64,000 bases of DNA from an uncultured Gammaproteobacteria bacterium. GTDB lineage: Bacteria > Patescibacteriota > Patescibacteriia > Magasanikbacterales > UBA922. This document shows positions 1 to 8,597 of this stretch, piece by piece. Positions within the stretch are counted from its first letter, which is position 1; each line of letters opens with the position of its first letter. The stretch is taken from assembly GCA_964597575.1 (NCBI GenBank), contig CAZQXB010000001.1, forward strand, positions 402,111-466,110. Direction: 5' to 3'. Both the position numbers and the translations under genes were made by a program. The notes below the pieces were generated by a model. It saw nothing but the letters and a program-made list of their open reading frames with translations. It had not been told where the DNA came from and did not search any database.

Positions 1-35
1 TAAAATAAGTGCGCACATAGCGCTTGTCTAAGAAA

Positions 36-62
36 CAGTCCGGTTGAAAGACCGGCTTTTCT
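36..62 (+). terminator. intrinsic terminator-like hairpin (gtccggt-tgaaag-accggc + T-run) upstream of tRNA promoter
   Basis: Inverted repeat followed by a T-tract, seen directly in the sequence. Confidence 0.4.
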
Positions 63-66
63 TATA

Positions 67-96
67 CTTGATTATTTTTTGTTCCTACGGTATAGT
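67..96 (+). promoter_or_regulatory. putative sigma70 promoter for tRNA-Trp (TTGATT-17-TATAGT)
   Basis: -35/-10-like hexamers with 17-nt spacing about 20 nt upstream of the tRNA. Confidence 0.4.
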
Positions 97-116
97 GGGG
101 CTATATTTTGAAACAT

Positions 117-189
117 AGGCCTGTAGTTTCAATGGTAAAACATCGGTCTCCAAAACCGAGGTTCCGAGTTCGAGTCTCGGCGGGCCTGC
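117..189 (+). tRNA. tRNA-Trp (anticodon CCA)
   Basis: Manual cloverleaf: 7-bp acceptor AGGCCTG/CGGGCCT (one G-U), anticodon stem TCGGT/ACCGA with loop CTCCAAA, T-arm CCGAG-TTCGAGT-CTCGG, 72 nt. Confidence 0.8.
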
Positions 190-193
190 AATG

Positions 194-247
194 AAAAACA
201 TGGCTATATAAAGCCATGTTTTTTGTACTCGCAAACGGAATCAAACT
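194..247. repeat. inter-cassette repeat, partial copy 0 (terminator hairpin aaaaacatggct..agccatgtttttt + diverged 3' motif ctcgcaaacggaatcaaact)
   Basis: Shares the hairpin and 3' motif with copies at 1486, 4889, 6911, 10175. Confidence 0.6.
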
Positions 248-339
248 GCTTTCAATTTTATTATTAAGATTTAGTGTTAGAGATACTCATTATATGGTAG
301 TATAAGAGCCACTAGTTAATTATTTTCGTTATAGTTTTC

Positions 340-1467
340 ATGAAGATCGCTACAAACGTACATCGAGATGCCTTTGGTGGTATTACTATTTCCAATCTCG
401 CTCTTTTTGATTGGTTGAAAGATAAAGAAGATACCGTAGTAGGCATTGAAATTATTACAAGTCGACATTTGCTTGGTCCCGTTATATTTCGTCATTATTT
501 ACCATCTTTTTTTCAACATCATATTATCAATGGTATTGACATTATTCCACGTTTTTCTTGGGAAAGACGTGGAAATCTTCGAAAAAAATGGAATATTCTT
601 GTTGAAAATACAAAAGATATTTTACGTCAAGAGTCACCCGACGTCGTTTTGCTTAATGGTACTTATAGTACTCCTTGGATTTTGGCACAGGCAGCAAAAG
701 AGTTAGGAATACCATTAGTTCTACGATATGCAGGAGTTCTTCAAAAAGAAGTGAGTCATAAAAATTTTTTTGTAAAAAAAAGATTGTTATTTTATGAAAA
801 ATGGATTGCGTCTTCTGCTACAAGTATTATTTTTCCTTCTCGTATCTGTCAAAAAATTGTAGAAAAAGAAATATTAGGTCAGAGTGTGAATTGCAGCGTT
901 GTTATTTCTAATCCAGTTGTTCCTGCAAAAAAATTGGTACGGAGAAAAATTGGGCGTTTCACTATCTCTGCCATAGGGCGATGGACGCCAATTAAAAATT
1001 TTCAAGCATTTGTAGCTTTGCATCGTGAGCTTCTCTCAGAAGGGTGGCAACATCGAGCCGTTATGGTAACATCGTATTGGGATGAAAACTTTGATATCCC
1101 TGAAACGATTGAGAAGAAAAAGCAAATGAGTCAAGAAGATCTTTTCAAATTTTATCGATCAGTTGATCTTCTCATCGTCCCTTCACATTTTGAGACGTTT
1201 TGCAATGTCGCAGCAGAAGCTCTTATTTGCGGAACTTCTGTGTTAGTATCAAAAAATGTGGGATTTTCTGAGATACTCATAAAGGCCGGATTGAAAAGAA
1301 TGGTAATTGACTCATTTGATAATCCTAAAAAGGTTGCTGAAGCGGTGAAACGAATTGCTAAAACAAAACTCACGCAAAAAGAAGTAAAAAAAATTGCCCT
1401 TTTACTCAACCCACAAGACATACACCAGGGTATACTTGATGTTCTTGGTGGTGTTATAAAGGTATAA
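340..1467 (+). CDS. glycosyltransferase, GT4-like (GT-B fold)
   Basis: C-terminal motif VPSHFETFCNVAAEALICGTSVL typical of GT4 retaining glycosyltransferases; 375 aa; about 33% GC. Confidence 0.6.
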   Translation: MKIATNVHRDAFGGITISNLALFDWLKDKEDTVVGIEIITSRHLLGPVIFRHYLPSFFQHHIINGIDIIPRFSWERRGNLRKKWNILVENTKDILRQESPDVVLLNGTYSTPWILAQAAKELGIPLVLRYAGVLQKEVSHKNFFVKKRLLFYEKWIASSATSIIFPSRICQKIVEKEILGQSVNCSVVISNPVVPAKKLVRRKIGRFTISAIGRWTPIKNFQAFVALHRELLSEGWQHRAVMVTSYWDENFDIPETIEKKKQMSQEDLFKFYRSVDLLIVPSHFETFCNVAAEALICGTSVLVSKNVGFSEILIKAGLKRMVIDSFDNPKKVAEAVKRIAKTKLTQKEVKKIALLLNPQDIHQGILDVLGGVIKV

Positions 1468-1485
1468 GTCTAGGATGTAAAATTT

Positions 1486-1607
1486 GGAATATAAATATAT
1501 TCCTTCTCCTCACGGAGAATAGTTCCCACCTCCTTCACCAAGTTCTGCACCGAAAAACATGGCTAACTAAAGCCATGTTTTTTGTATACCCGCGTGTGGA
1601 ATCGAAC
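1486..1607. repeat. inter-cassette repeat copy A (right 120 bp of element)
   Basis: ggaatataaa...cacgg..agttcc.acctccttcaccaag.tctgcaccgaaaaacatggct..agccatgttttttgtatacccgcgtgtggaatcgaac. Confidence 0.7.
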
Positions 1608-1697
1608 TAAATGGTGTTTTTGCTATAAAGAATCTACGCACTTGCAATATAAAATATAAATGGCAAGCTATATACAATCATTTACTATCTATAAACT

Positions 1698-2135
1698 ATG
1701 CCTAAGAAAAAATTGCAACATCAAAAAGACATTAATGGTTGTGGTATAGCCTGTATATCCAATCTATTGGGTAAGCCATACGACTGGATTAAGAAGGATT
1801 TTGAAGATAGATTTTATACCATTGAAAGAGGGGTAAAGATTTTTGATGTTGTTTCATATCTAGAAACACACAAGCTTAAATATAAGAGTAAATTTTTTAA
1901 CCAAAATAAGAAGTCTAAAGTAGACGTCGGTGAAGCAGATGCATTTTCTAAAATACCAGGGTCTATAACGTTAATTGCTAAAAATAAAACGTACCCTATT
2001 GGGCATTATTTACTCCGAACCAAAGATGGTTGGGTGGACCCATGGTATAACTTTCCAAGTATAGATAATGTACGGGCTGGGATGAGAAAAGAGCTGCCTG
2101 GTAACCCTTGGTATGTTATGTATCCAATCGCTTAA
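1698..2135 (+). CDS. papain-like cysteine peptidase, C39-like domain protein
   Basis: Q-x5-NGCGIACISNLLG catalytic Cys motif and downstream GHYLL His motif resemble the peptidase C39 family. Confidence 0.45.
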   Translation: MPKKKLQHQKDINGCGIACISNLLGKPYDWIKKDFEDRFYTIERGVKIFDVVSYLETHKLKYKSKFFNQNKKSKVDVGEADAFSKIPGSITLIAKNKTYPIGHYLLRTKDGWVDPWYNFPSIDNVRAGMRKELPGNPWYVMYPIA

Positions 2136-2206
2136 ATAAGCAGGTTCCAAGTTCATTCTGTACGGCCTACTAGCGTGTAATTCGTACTGGATTCTGAAAG
2201 AGCTGT

Positions 2207-2803
2207 ATGGTAGTCTCTATTAAAGATTATATGGCACAAAATACCTCATTTGAATATTTAGTAAGCGAGATTAGGGCTACTAGTTCTCAAACTTTTGTCA
2301 TTGCCATTTCAGGCTTTGGGGGTTCTGGAAAAAGCACAATAGCGAAGAAATTGGTAGAAGCACTTAAAGATGCTACTATTATCCCTCTTGATGATTTTAT
2401 CATGAATCGTCTCCAAGGCCGTTCTTTGGAGTGGGCATCTTTTGATTGGCAACGATTAATAAAAGAGGTGTTACTTCCAATAAGAAAAAGAGAAAAAAGC
2501 ATCGAATATGGTGTGTATTCTTGGATAGAAGATAAGGTGGCTCAGAAAAGAACAGTAGAGATCAAAAAGTACGTTATTATTGAAGGGGTCGGACTTATCC
2601 GAGATTCTTTGCAAGAATACTTTGATTGCACCGTATGGATCGATACCCCTTTTGATATAGCGATTGCTAGGGGTAAAAAACGTGATAAGGAAGAGTATAG
2701 TATAGATCATGACAAGCTTTGGGATGAAGTGTGGGGTCCAAATGATAAGGATTATTTTGATACATTTAAACCTAAAGAGAAAGCCGACTTCGTTCTTTCC
2801 TAA
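2207..2803 (+). CDS. P-loop nucleoside kinase (uridine kinase/phosphoribulokinase family-like)
   Basis: Walker A AISGFGGSGKSTIAKKL; VIIEGVGLIRD...VWIDTPFDIAIARGKKRD resembles the Udk/PRK family. Confidence 0.5.
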   Translation: MVVSIKDYMAQNTSFEYLVSEIRATSSQTFVIAISGFGGSGKSTIAKKLVEALKDATIIPLDDFIMNRLQGRSLEWASFDWQRLIKEVLLPIRKREKSIEYGVYSWIEDKVAQKRTVEIKKYVIIEGVGLIRDSLQEYFDCTVWIDTPFDIAIARGKKRDKEEYSIDHDKLWDEVWGPNDKDYFDTFKPKEKADFVLS

Positions 2804-2812
2804 AGAAGAGTT

Positions 2813-3733
2813 ATGAAGACTAAAAATACATACCAACTTCCTATTGTCTTAGCACACGTTACAAAAGTCGCAAAAGAAGGTATTGCTCATGTTGGTGACC
2901 TCATTCATTCGATTGACTACGATGCACCAATCGGTACCCCAATTACCGCTGCCCTTGATGGTGTTGTTATTGCTATAAAGCAAGATTCAGATCAAGGTGG
3001 AGGCGATCCAAAATATGAGAATGATGGAAATTATATCGAAATTCTCCATGAGAATGATGAAGTTTCAGAATACGAACATATTCTACAGCATTCTGCTAAA
3101 GTAAAGATAGGCGATGGGGTTAAAAAGGGGCAGGTTATTGCATCAGTCGGAAATACAGGGTGGAGCGAGTGTCCGCATCTTCATTTTATGGTGTACCCAA
3201 AAGGTGAGGAATATAAAACACTTGAAATTCAGTTTGAGAGTGAAGAATTCGTTGACCTGGTTGATAAAGAAGGGCGGATGCAAAAAACTCAAGTACTACG
3301 TTCAGAAGTGTCGAAGTATCCTAATTTACACATGCAAATTGTTATTGCAGTAATTTTAGATAACCAACAAAGAATTTTAGTCCATAAGAGAGCATCTACA
3401 AAAAAGGTAGATCCTGGAGCTGTCGATCATGTCTGTGGTGGGGTTCAGTCAGGAGAAACACCGATTGAGGCCGCTATACGAGAAACTACCGAAGAAACTG
3501 GGCTCGTTCCATGTAATCTAAAAGTCGTCATGCAAGGGCTAAATTCCTATGGCCGATATCGGTATTTACTTTTAGGTGAAGCCCAAGGAGAACCATCAGT
3601 TGATCCGAAAGAGGCAGAATGGGTACGCTTTATCTCGGTGGAAGATTTAAGAAATCTTTTTGAGAGTAAAAAAGAAGCTTTTGTTCATGAATTTTTTAAG
3701 GATACGGATTTAGCTATTCGTGCTACTGTCTAA
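2813..3733 (+). CDS. M23 (LytM-type) metallopeptidase domain fused to a NUDIX hydrolase domain
   Basis: M23 HxxxD and HLHF (HxH) motifs in the N-terminal half; NUDIX box GGVQSGETPIEAAIRETTEETGL in the C-terminal half; no signal peptide. Confidence 0.6.
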   Translation: MKTKNTYQLPIVLAHVTKVAKEGIAHVGDLIHSIDYDAPIGTPITAALDGVVIAIKQDSDQGGGDPKYENDGNYIEILHENDEVSEYEHILQHSAKVKIGDGVKKGQVIASVGNTGWSECPHLHFMVYPKGEEYKTLEIQFESEEFVDLVDKEGRMQKTQVLRSEVSKYPNLHMQIVIAVILDNQQRILVHKRASTKKVDPGAVDHVCGGVQSGETPIEAAIRETTEETGLVPCNLKVVMQGLNSYGRYRYLLLGEAQGEPSVDPKEAEWVRFISVEDLRNLFESKKEAFVHEFFKDTDLAIRATV

Positions 3734-4835
3734 GTATATGGAAATAAAGGCATTTTTTGGAATACTTTCATCTCTCTTCATCTTTTTAGGAGGTATTCCT
3801 TATTTGAGGGATATTCACTTAAGAAAGGCGCACCCGCATGTTCTTTCATGGATTGGCTGGGCTTTCATAACAGCTCTAGGAGCCTTTGCCATGCTGGCTG
3901 GGGGTAGTCAGTGGGCGGTTGCTATATTGCTCAGCAATACCCTTCTCTGTCTTCTTATTGTCCTATACTCAGTTTTTAAAAGAGTTGGCGTCTGGTCAAC
4001 CATGGTATGGGACTTTGTATTTTTTGGACTTGGGTTACTTGGGCTTGTGCTTTGGCAGACACTTCATCTCCCCATTCTCGCCCTCATCTGTGCGATTATT
4101 GCTGATTTTTCTTTCGGTCTCCCCACCATTGTTAAAACGTATAAAGATCCAAACTCAGAAACTCCTTTTGTCTGGGCTACTGCCACAATATCCGGAATAT
4201 TTAGTCTATTTGCTATAAGAAGTTTTGCTTTTTCTGAAGTTGCGTATCCATTGTATCTTTTTCTCTATGATGGAATTGTACTTCTTTTAGTGCTTAAGAT
4301 TTTTGTTAAAAAAAATAAAAATATTCGAAAATTGCTGGATACAATTGTTAATGAAAAAAATGAAAAGAACTGGTATGTTCCAGAATTATTTCAGCAGAAT
4401 ACGTTACCAATTTTACCAAGGGAGTTAAAAGTTATCGCTCTGCCTCCCTTATATGATGAAAACTACAATTGTTTTATCTATGCTCTGGGATTGTCGAATA
4501 ATCTTGAATTTATTAAGAAGGTGTCTGGTTTTATCTATAGCCCATTTGTTAAGAAGTTAATCGAAGAAGGAGTCCTTCGGGAATCTAAAGAAATAAAGAA
4601 AGGAACAATTATTTTATATACCAATGAAAAGAAATTTCCTGGGGAAATAGCGCATGCTGGGGTGATGAAAGATAAAGACACTGTTATTTCAAAATGGTCT
4701 TGGGGACCCACCTTAGAACATTCTCTGCTATCAGTACCTCTTTCGTATGGTGAAACATTGAAGTTTTATCATTTAGAATCTACAAATAGTGTTTTATTAG
4801 CATACGAGAAATTTAGTGCACTTAATAGGGCTTGA
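3720..4835 (+). CDS. polytopic membrane protein with C-terminal putative Cys/His hydrolase-like domain
   Basis: Five or six hydrophobic helices at the N-terminus; C-terminal NCFIYALG ... HAGVM Cys/His spacing like NlpC/P60 or CHAP-type folds. Confidence 0.35.
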   Translation: MLLSKYMEIKAFFGILSSLFIFLGGIPYLRDIHLRKAHPHVLSWIGWAFITALGAFAMLAGGSQWAVAILLSNTLLCLLIVLYSVFKRVGVWSTMVWDFVFFGLGLLGLVLWQTLHLPILALICAIIADFSFGLPTIVKTYKDPNSETPFVWATATISGIFSLFAIRSFAFSEVAYPLYLFLYDGIVLLLVLKIFVKKNKNIRKLLDTIVNEKNEKNWYVPELFQQNTLPILPRELKVIALPPLYDENYNCFIYALGLSNNLEFIKKVSGFIYSPFVKKLIEEGVLRESKEIKKGTIILYTNEKKFPGEIAHAGVMKDKDTVISKWSWGPTLEHSLLSVPLSYGETLKFYHLESTNSVLLAYEKFSALNRA

Positions 4836-4888
4836 CTGGTAAGTTGTTATCACGAATTAACCTCACACCTCAACTCACTATAGTTTGA

Positions 4889-5051
4889 GATATAGTGAGT
4901 ACTACTGTGGGGTAAGTGGAGAAATACTCGGAATATAAACATACCCTTTCTCTTCACGAATAATAGTTCCGACCTCCTTCACCAAGCTCTGCACCGAGAA
5001 ACATGGCTATAATAAGCCATGTTTTTTGTATACCCGCGTGTGGAATCGAAC
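4889..5051. repeat. inter-cassette repeat copy B (full, about 165 bp; preceded by 10-bp perfect palindrome aactcactata/tatagtgagtt at 4872-4900)
   Basis: Direct alignment to copies C and D. Confidence 0.75.
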
Positions 5052-5066
5052 TTTATGTATACTGGA

Positions 5067-5095
5067 TTGACAAAATACTCTTTTTGTGGTATTAT
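5067..5095 (+). promoter_or_regulatory. sigma70 promoter TTGACA-17-TATTAT driving the high-GC gene at 5250
   Basis: Consensus hexamers with 17-nt spacer; AGAGGAG RBS 9 nt before the ATG. Confidence 0.55.
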
Positions 5096-5249
5096 CTTTA
5101 GTCAAATTGTGTTTCAAAAATTACTAAATTTAGGTCATTTTACTGATTTAAATCTAGAAGTTTTTGACTGCTATAGCTAAACTTCTATCTTAGGTATTTG
5201 CTTAAGATATTGGTTCTCTACAATTCAATCGAAAGAGGAGTGAAGAAAA

Positions 5250-6785
5250 ATGGATAACAAGTTCTGTCCTCACGGCAAGCACGTGAAGTTCTGCGGCGAA
5301 TGCGGCAATCTGTGGTTCGAAGTGCAGGCGCCCCATGTCTGGATGAACAGCATGGACCCTGGACGAGATGCGGGGATCGGTCTGATGAAAGAGCGTCACG
5401 GTATCGTCACGGTGACTGTCGAGCAGCACCATCCGAGCCTCGGTCTTCTCGACAAGTCTGTGGTGATGGTGCATGTTACGGGACATCTCTTCGTTTGGGG
5501 TATCGAGAAGATTCTCGAAAACGCCCCGAACGTCAAAGAGATTCAGGTTCAGCCACACATGGTGAAGAAGCTGACCGACGCTCACCGTACTCTCTGTGCA
5601 AAAGCTGGAGTCAAGTTGACGAGCGGATACTCAGACCCTGACCGTGCTTGGGAAAAAGGTGAGGTGAGACGGTCGCCACGTTTCCTAAAGATACGGAAGT
5701 TCTTTCAGCTTCTCGAAGGCCAGCAAAAAAAGCTCTTCGACGAGCTCATCGAGTATGGTATCGAGTCGGCCCTCATGGCTCGGGACTACTACGAGGAAGC
5801 AAGTGACGGAAAGGAGGGGGAGGAGCCTGTCACACTGCATACTCTGTGTAAAAAGTACGGGTACAACGACAGTGTGATGGCCCACATCTCAGCTCGGATT
5901 TACTCCGTGCTAGTGTACCTCGATCCTAATTACAAAGTGGGGCAGGATTCGCGACGGCTTGCTCGTGTCATGAAGGATGATGTTGAAAGGCTTCGTGAGA
6001 AGTTCGCGACTGCAAAAGCAAGGCAGGATCAGGCAGCCGCGCTTGGTCTCCGAATTCTTCCTGTCGACATGCCACTGCAGCTCTACGATGAGTTGGAGAT
6101 GGTTGTTACTGCCCAGAGGAAGGGCTGGCTGAAGCAACTCCAGGCTGCAAGGCCGCGAGCGCATCGTGCTCTGACGCTGAGGTACGACATACGGGATACG
6201 CAAAATCCGCGTTTTCGTACCCTCGAAGAGGTGGCCGAGACGATGGGTGGCGAGGATTTCAAGACGCGCGAGAGAGCTCGTCAGTTGGTGGAGCAGGCTA
6301 TCGAGTTTTTCGTCTTGCAAGGACAGGCAAGCGGTGAAACTCTGAGAGCTGGACGCGTGCAGGAGAAAGCGACGAAGATCGTCCAGAAGAAGGCCGCTCG
6401 GGCAAAGGCTGGTCCTGTAACTCAGTTGACCAAGGTTCCTGGTCCCGTCGAAAAGCAGGTGGTGAACCTGGTTTGCCAGTCTTATGGCTTGCCTGAGACT
6501 GAGATCTTCACTCACGGCAAAGATCAGCCGTGGGCAGAAGCTCGACAGGTCATCATGGCTCTGTGGAGACGGTACCTCAACTGGTCCTACCCGCTGATCG
6601 CAAGAGAGATGGGTAAGGAAGATCACACGACGATCATACATGGTTGTCGAGAGATCGCCAGTCGTCGGAAGACCGACCGAGTGCTTGAACAGCGGATGAC
6701 GCTGATCGAGATGATGCTCGGCAAGCCGCCGCCCGACTTGAGCGCCATCGAAATTTCCCCAGATCCTTCCACTGCCTCGCAATGA
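5250..6785 (+). CDS. high-GC Zn-ribbon / sigma70-region-4-like HTH / DnaA domain IV-like HTH fusion protein (putative DNA-binding regulator or replication-initiator-like)
   Basis: N-terminal CPHGKHVKFCGECGN; RALTLRY..RTLEEVAE..TRERARQLVEQAI resembles sigma70 region 4; EARQVIMALWRRYLNWSYPLIAREMGKEDHTTIIHGCREIASRRKTD resembles DnaA C-terminal domain IV; about 58-60% GC against flanks of about 33%. Confidence 0.6.
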   Translation: MDNKFCPHGKHVKFCGECGNLWFEVQAPHVWMNSMDPGRDAGIGLMKERHGIVTVTVEQHHPSLGLLDKSVVMVHVTGHLFVWGIEKILENAPNVKEIQVQPHMVKKLTDAHRTLCAKAGVKLTSGYSDPDRAWEKGEVRRSPRFLKIRKFFQLLEGQQKKLFDELIEYGIESALMARDYYEEASDGKEGEEPVTLHTLCKKYGYNDSVMAHISARIYSVLVYLDPNYKVGQDSRRLARVMKDDVERLREKFATAKARQDQAAALGLRILPVDMPLQLYDELEMVVTAQRKGWLKQLQAARPRAHRALTLRYDIRDTQNPRFRTLEEVAETMGGEDFKTRERARQLVEQAIEFFVLQGQASGETLRAGRVQEKATKIVQKKAARAKAGPVTQLTKVPGPVEKQVVNLVCQSYGLPETEIFTHGKDQPWAEARQVIMALWRRYLNWSYPLIAREMGKEDHTTIIHGCREIASRRKTDRVLEQRMTLIEMMLGKPPPDLSAIEISPDPSTASQ

Positions 6786-6910
6786 GGCGCCCTTGAGCTC
6801 ACGCTCGGGCTTCGCGACTTCGGGTCAGTCGCAACAAATCAAACCGTCCCGATAGGTGATACTATCGGGAACATTCAAAACATCATCTCACTCGAGGTGA
6901 TTTTTTGTTT

Positions 6911-7074
6911 ATATATAGTGAGTATTACTCTCGGGTAACTGGTAAAAGGCTCGGAATATAAACATATCCTCTCTCTTCACGTATAATAGTTCCGACCCCC
7001 TTTACCAAGCTCTGCAACGAGAAACATGGCTATACAAAGCCATGTTCTTTGTATACCCCTGTGTGGAATCGAAC
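6911..7074. repeat. inter-cassette repeat copy C (full)
   Basis: Direct alignment to copies B and D. Confidence 0.75.
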
Positions 7075-7214
7075 CAAGGTGTAGTTCTAAAGAAAACTTT
7101 ATGATTTTTTTATCTAGGGTATGATATGTTCCTTTAGTTATTCTGAGTACCCTATTGTATACTCGACATACCGTGTATTCTTCAGTAGGGTACGCCCAGA
7201 ATAATCTATTTTCT

Positions 7215-7880
7215 ATGAACCGTAAAAACAACACTCTCATTGCATTACTAGTAGTTATCGTTATTCTCCTTATCGGAGGGTATGTTGTACTTGTCCAAAA
7301 AGAAAACGAACCAATGGTAGGTCCAGATAATGGAAATGGAACATCGGTTGAAATTCCATCTACCACACCATCTTCTAGTGAAGAGATAGTAAATAATGGA
7401 AGTTGGGAAAAATATACTTCTCCAGATTTGGGTATTTCATTTGAATATCCAGCAAGTCTTAGTCTCTTTCAAGAGCGTAAGGATACTGACCGCGGAGAGG
7501 GAAATTTTGTCATTCTGAAACGTGAGAATGAGCAGAGAAGATTTCTAGGAACAGTACTGGTAAGTTCTCCTGATTATATACGAGAAATTGATGGTTTTCC
7601 TTCCTATATGTCAGGAGATTATTTTTTGGATCAAAGCGAAAGTGAGATAGAAAAAATTATTAGACAGAGAATTCATGCGGTTACAGCCATTACCAAAATG
7701 CCAAATAATTTTTATGCAATTACGCAAGAATATGTGTTTGGTGATAATCCTGTAAAAGGGACATTTTATTTCACTCAAAGAAAAAATAGTGAGTTACTTA
7801 ATGTAAGTATATATCAAGTTGATGGGGTTATTAGTAAGCAAGAAGATTTAGAGAATTTTTTAGAAAGTTTCAAATTTTAA
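7215..7880 (+). CDS. hypothetical membrane-anchored/secreted protein
   Basis: ORF with N-terminal hydrophobic anchor MNRKNNTLIALLVVIVILLIGGYVVL; track ORF begins at 7155. Confidence 0.4.
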   Translation: MNRKNNTLIALLVVIVILLIGGYVVLVQKENEPMVGPDNGNGTSVEIPSTTPSSSEEIVNNGSWEKYTSPDLGISFEYPASLSLFQERKDTDRGEGNFVILKRENEQRRFLGTVLVSSPDYIREIDGFPSYMSGDYFLDQSESEIEKIIRQRIHAVTAITKMPNNFYAITQEYVFGDNPVKGTFYFTQRKNSELLNVSIYQVDGVISKQEDLENFLESFKF

Positions 7881-8013
7881 AGTTAGGAGAATTTGGTTGA
7901 GGTGATTGCGTACATGCTTGGCAGTATCCTCAACCAAATTTTGGCTGAGGTTCTTTCTAGAACTCATTGGATAACCCGATGATACTGCAAAGAAAAAATG
8001 AAGGGGTGCTGAC

Positions 8014-8110
8014 ATGCAGGCGATCGTTCGTTTTCTGCTATGTATGCTGGTGTTCTGTCCGTGGTTCGCTGCGGCAGATTACCAGGGACCTGTGTTATTT
8101 TCACCCCCCA
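8014..8110 (+). CDS. possible small high-GC hydrophobic peptide (MQAIVRFLLCMLVFCPWFAAADYQGP...), 3' extent uncertain
   Basis: GAAGGGG RBS 7 nt upstream of the ATG; high-GC hydrophobic N-terminus; reading frame runs on into AT-rich promoter-like sequence without a stop. Confidence 0.2.
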
Positions 8111-8171
8111 CTGTAAAAAATATTTACCTTAACACAAAAAAATGTTATGATAAAATCATAAGGAGGTGCAA

Positions 8172-8477
8172 ATGTCGGAATTCGAAAAAGATGCTGCGGT
8201 GCAGCTTGTGGCTGTGCTGCTTGTCGGCGGACTGCTTGTCCTGATCGCCCTGCACTTTGTTGTCTATTTTCTCTTCAGAGGCGTGCAGCCATTGGCTGCT
8301 GCTAGGATGCCTGCCACAGATCAATCTTTTTTAGAGCCAGATGCCACGCCTTGCGATGAAGAAGATCCTGAAGAGATGCGACAGTGCACAGATGCATGGG
8401 TGAGGGCAAGAGAGGCGGAGGGCGCAACTATCTTGCGGACACGAGACGGGCATGGGATTGTGGCTCTGGGCCCTTAA
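8172..8477 (+). CDS. small high-GC membrane protein with acidic C-terminus (hypothetical)
   Basis: AAGGAGG RBS and extended -10 (TGTTATGAT) upstream; one TM helix; about 60% GC. Confidence 0.4.
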   Translation: MSEFEKDAAVQLVAVLLVGGLLVLIALHFVVYFLFRGVQPLAAARMPATDQSFLEPDATPCDEEDPEEMRQCTDAWVRAREAEGATILRTRDGHGIVALGP

Positions 8478-8529
8478 CGATAGTGAAATCGATCCAGGGC
8501 TCCAGCCTCCAACGATCTGCTTCTGCTCA

Positions 8530-8585
8530 CAGAGTCACTTGCTATTGCTGTGACTCTTTTTTATGTTCCGTGCGTGGAATCGAAC
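8530..8585. repeat. inter-cassette repeat partial copy E (different hairpin agagtcac..gtgactc + T-run, conserved 3' motif ccgtgcgtggaatcgaac)
   Basis: 3' motif matches other copies. Confidence 0.55.
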
Positions 8586-8597
8586 TAAGTTAGATCA

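Noticed and set aside
4872-4900. ACTCACTATAG, with an upstream AATTAACC, resembling a T7/T3 phage RNA polymerase promoter core
   Set aside because: Only the -7..+1 core matches. The specificity region (-17..-8) does not match, and there is no single-subunit RNAP gene. The segment forms a local palindrome at the repeat edge in one copy only, so the match is most likely coincidental.
5300-6782. Multiple overlapping ORFs inside high-GC segments (5300-5641, 5202-5585-, 5910-6782-, 37053-37970+, 37103-37591-, 54700-55092-, and others)
   Set aside because: They are artefacts of stop-codon depletion in GC-rich DNA. They lack RBSs, and they overlap a better-supported frame with recognisable domains or a signal peptide.
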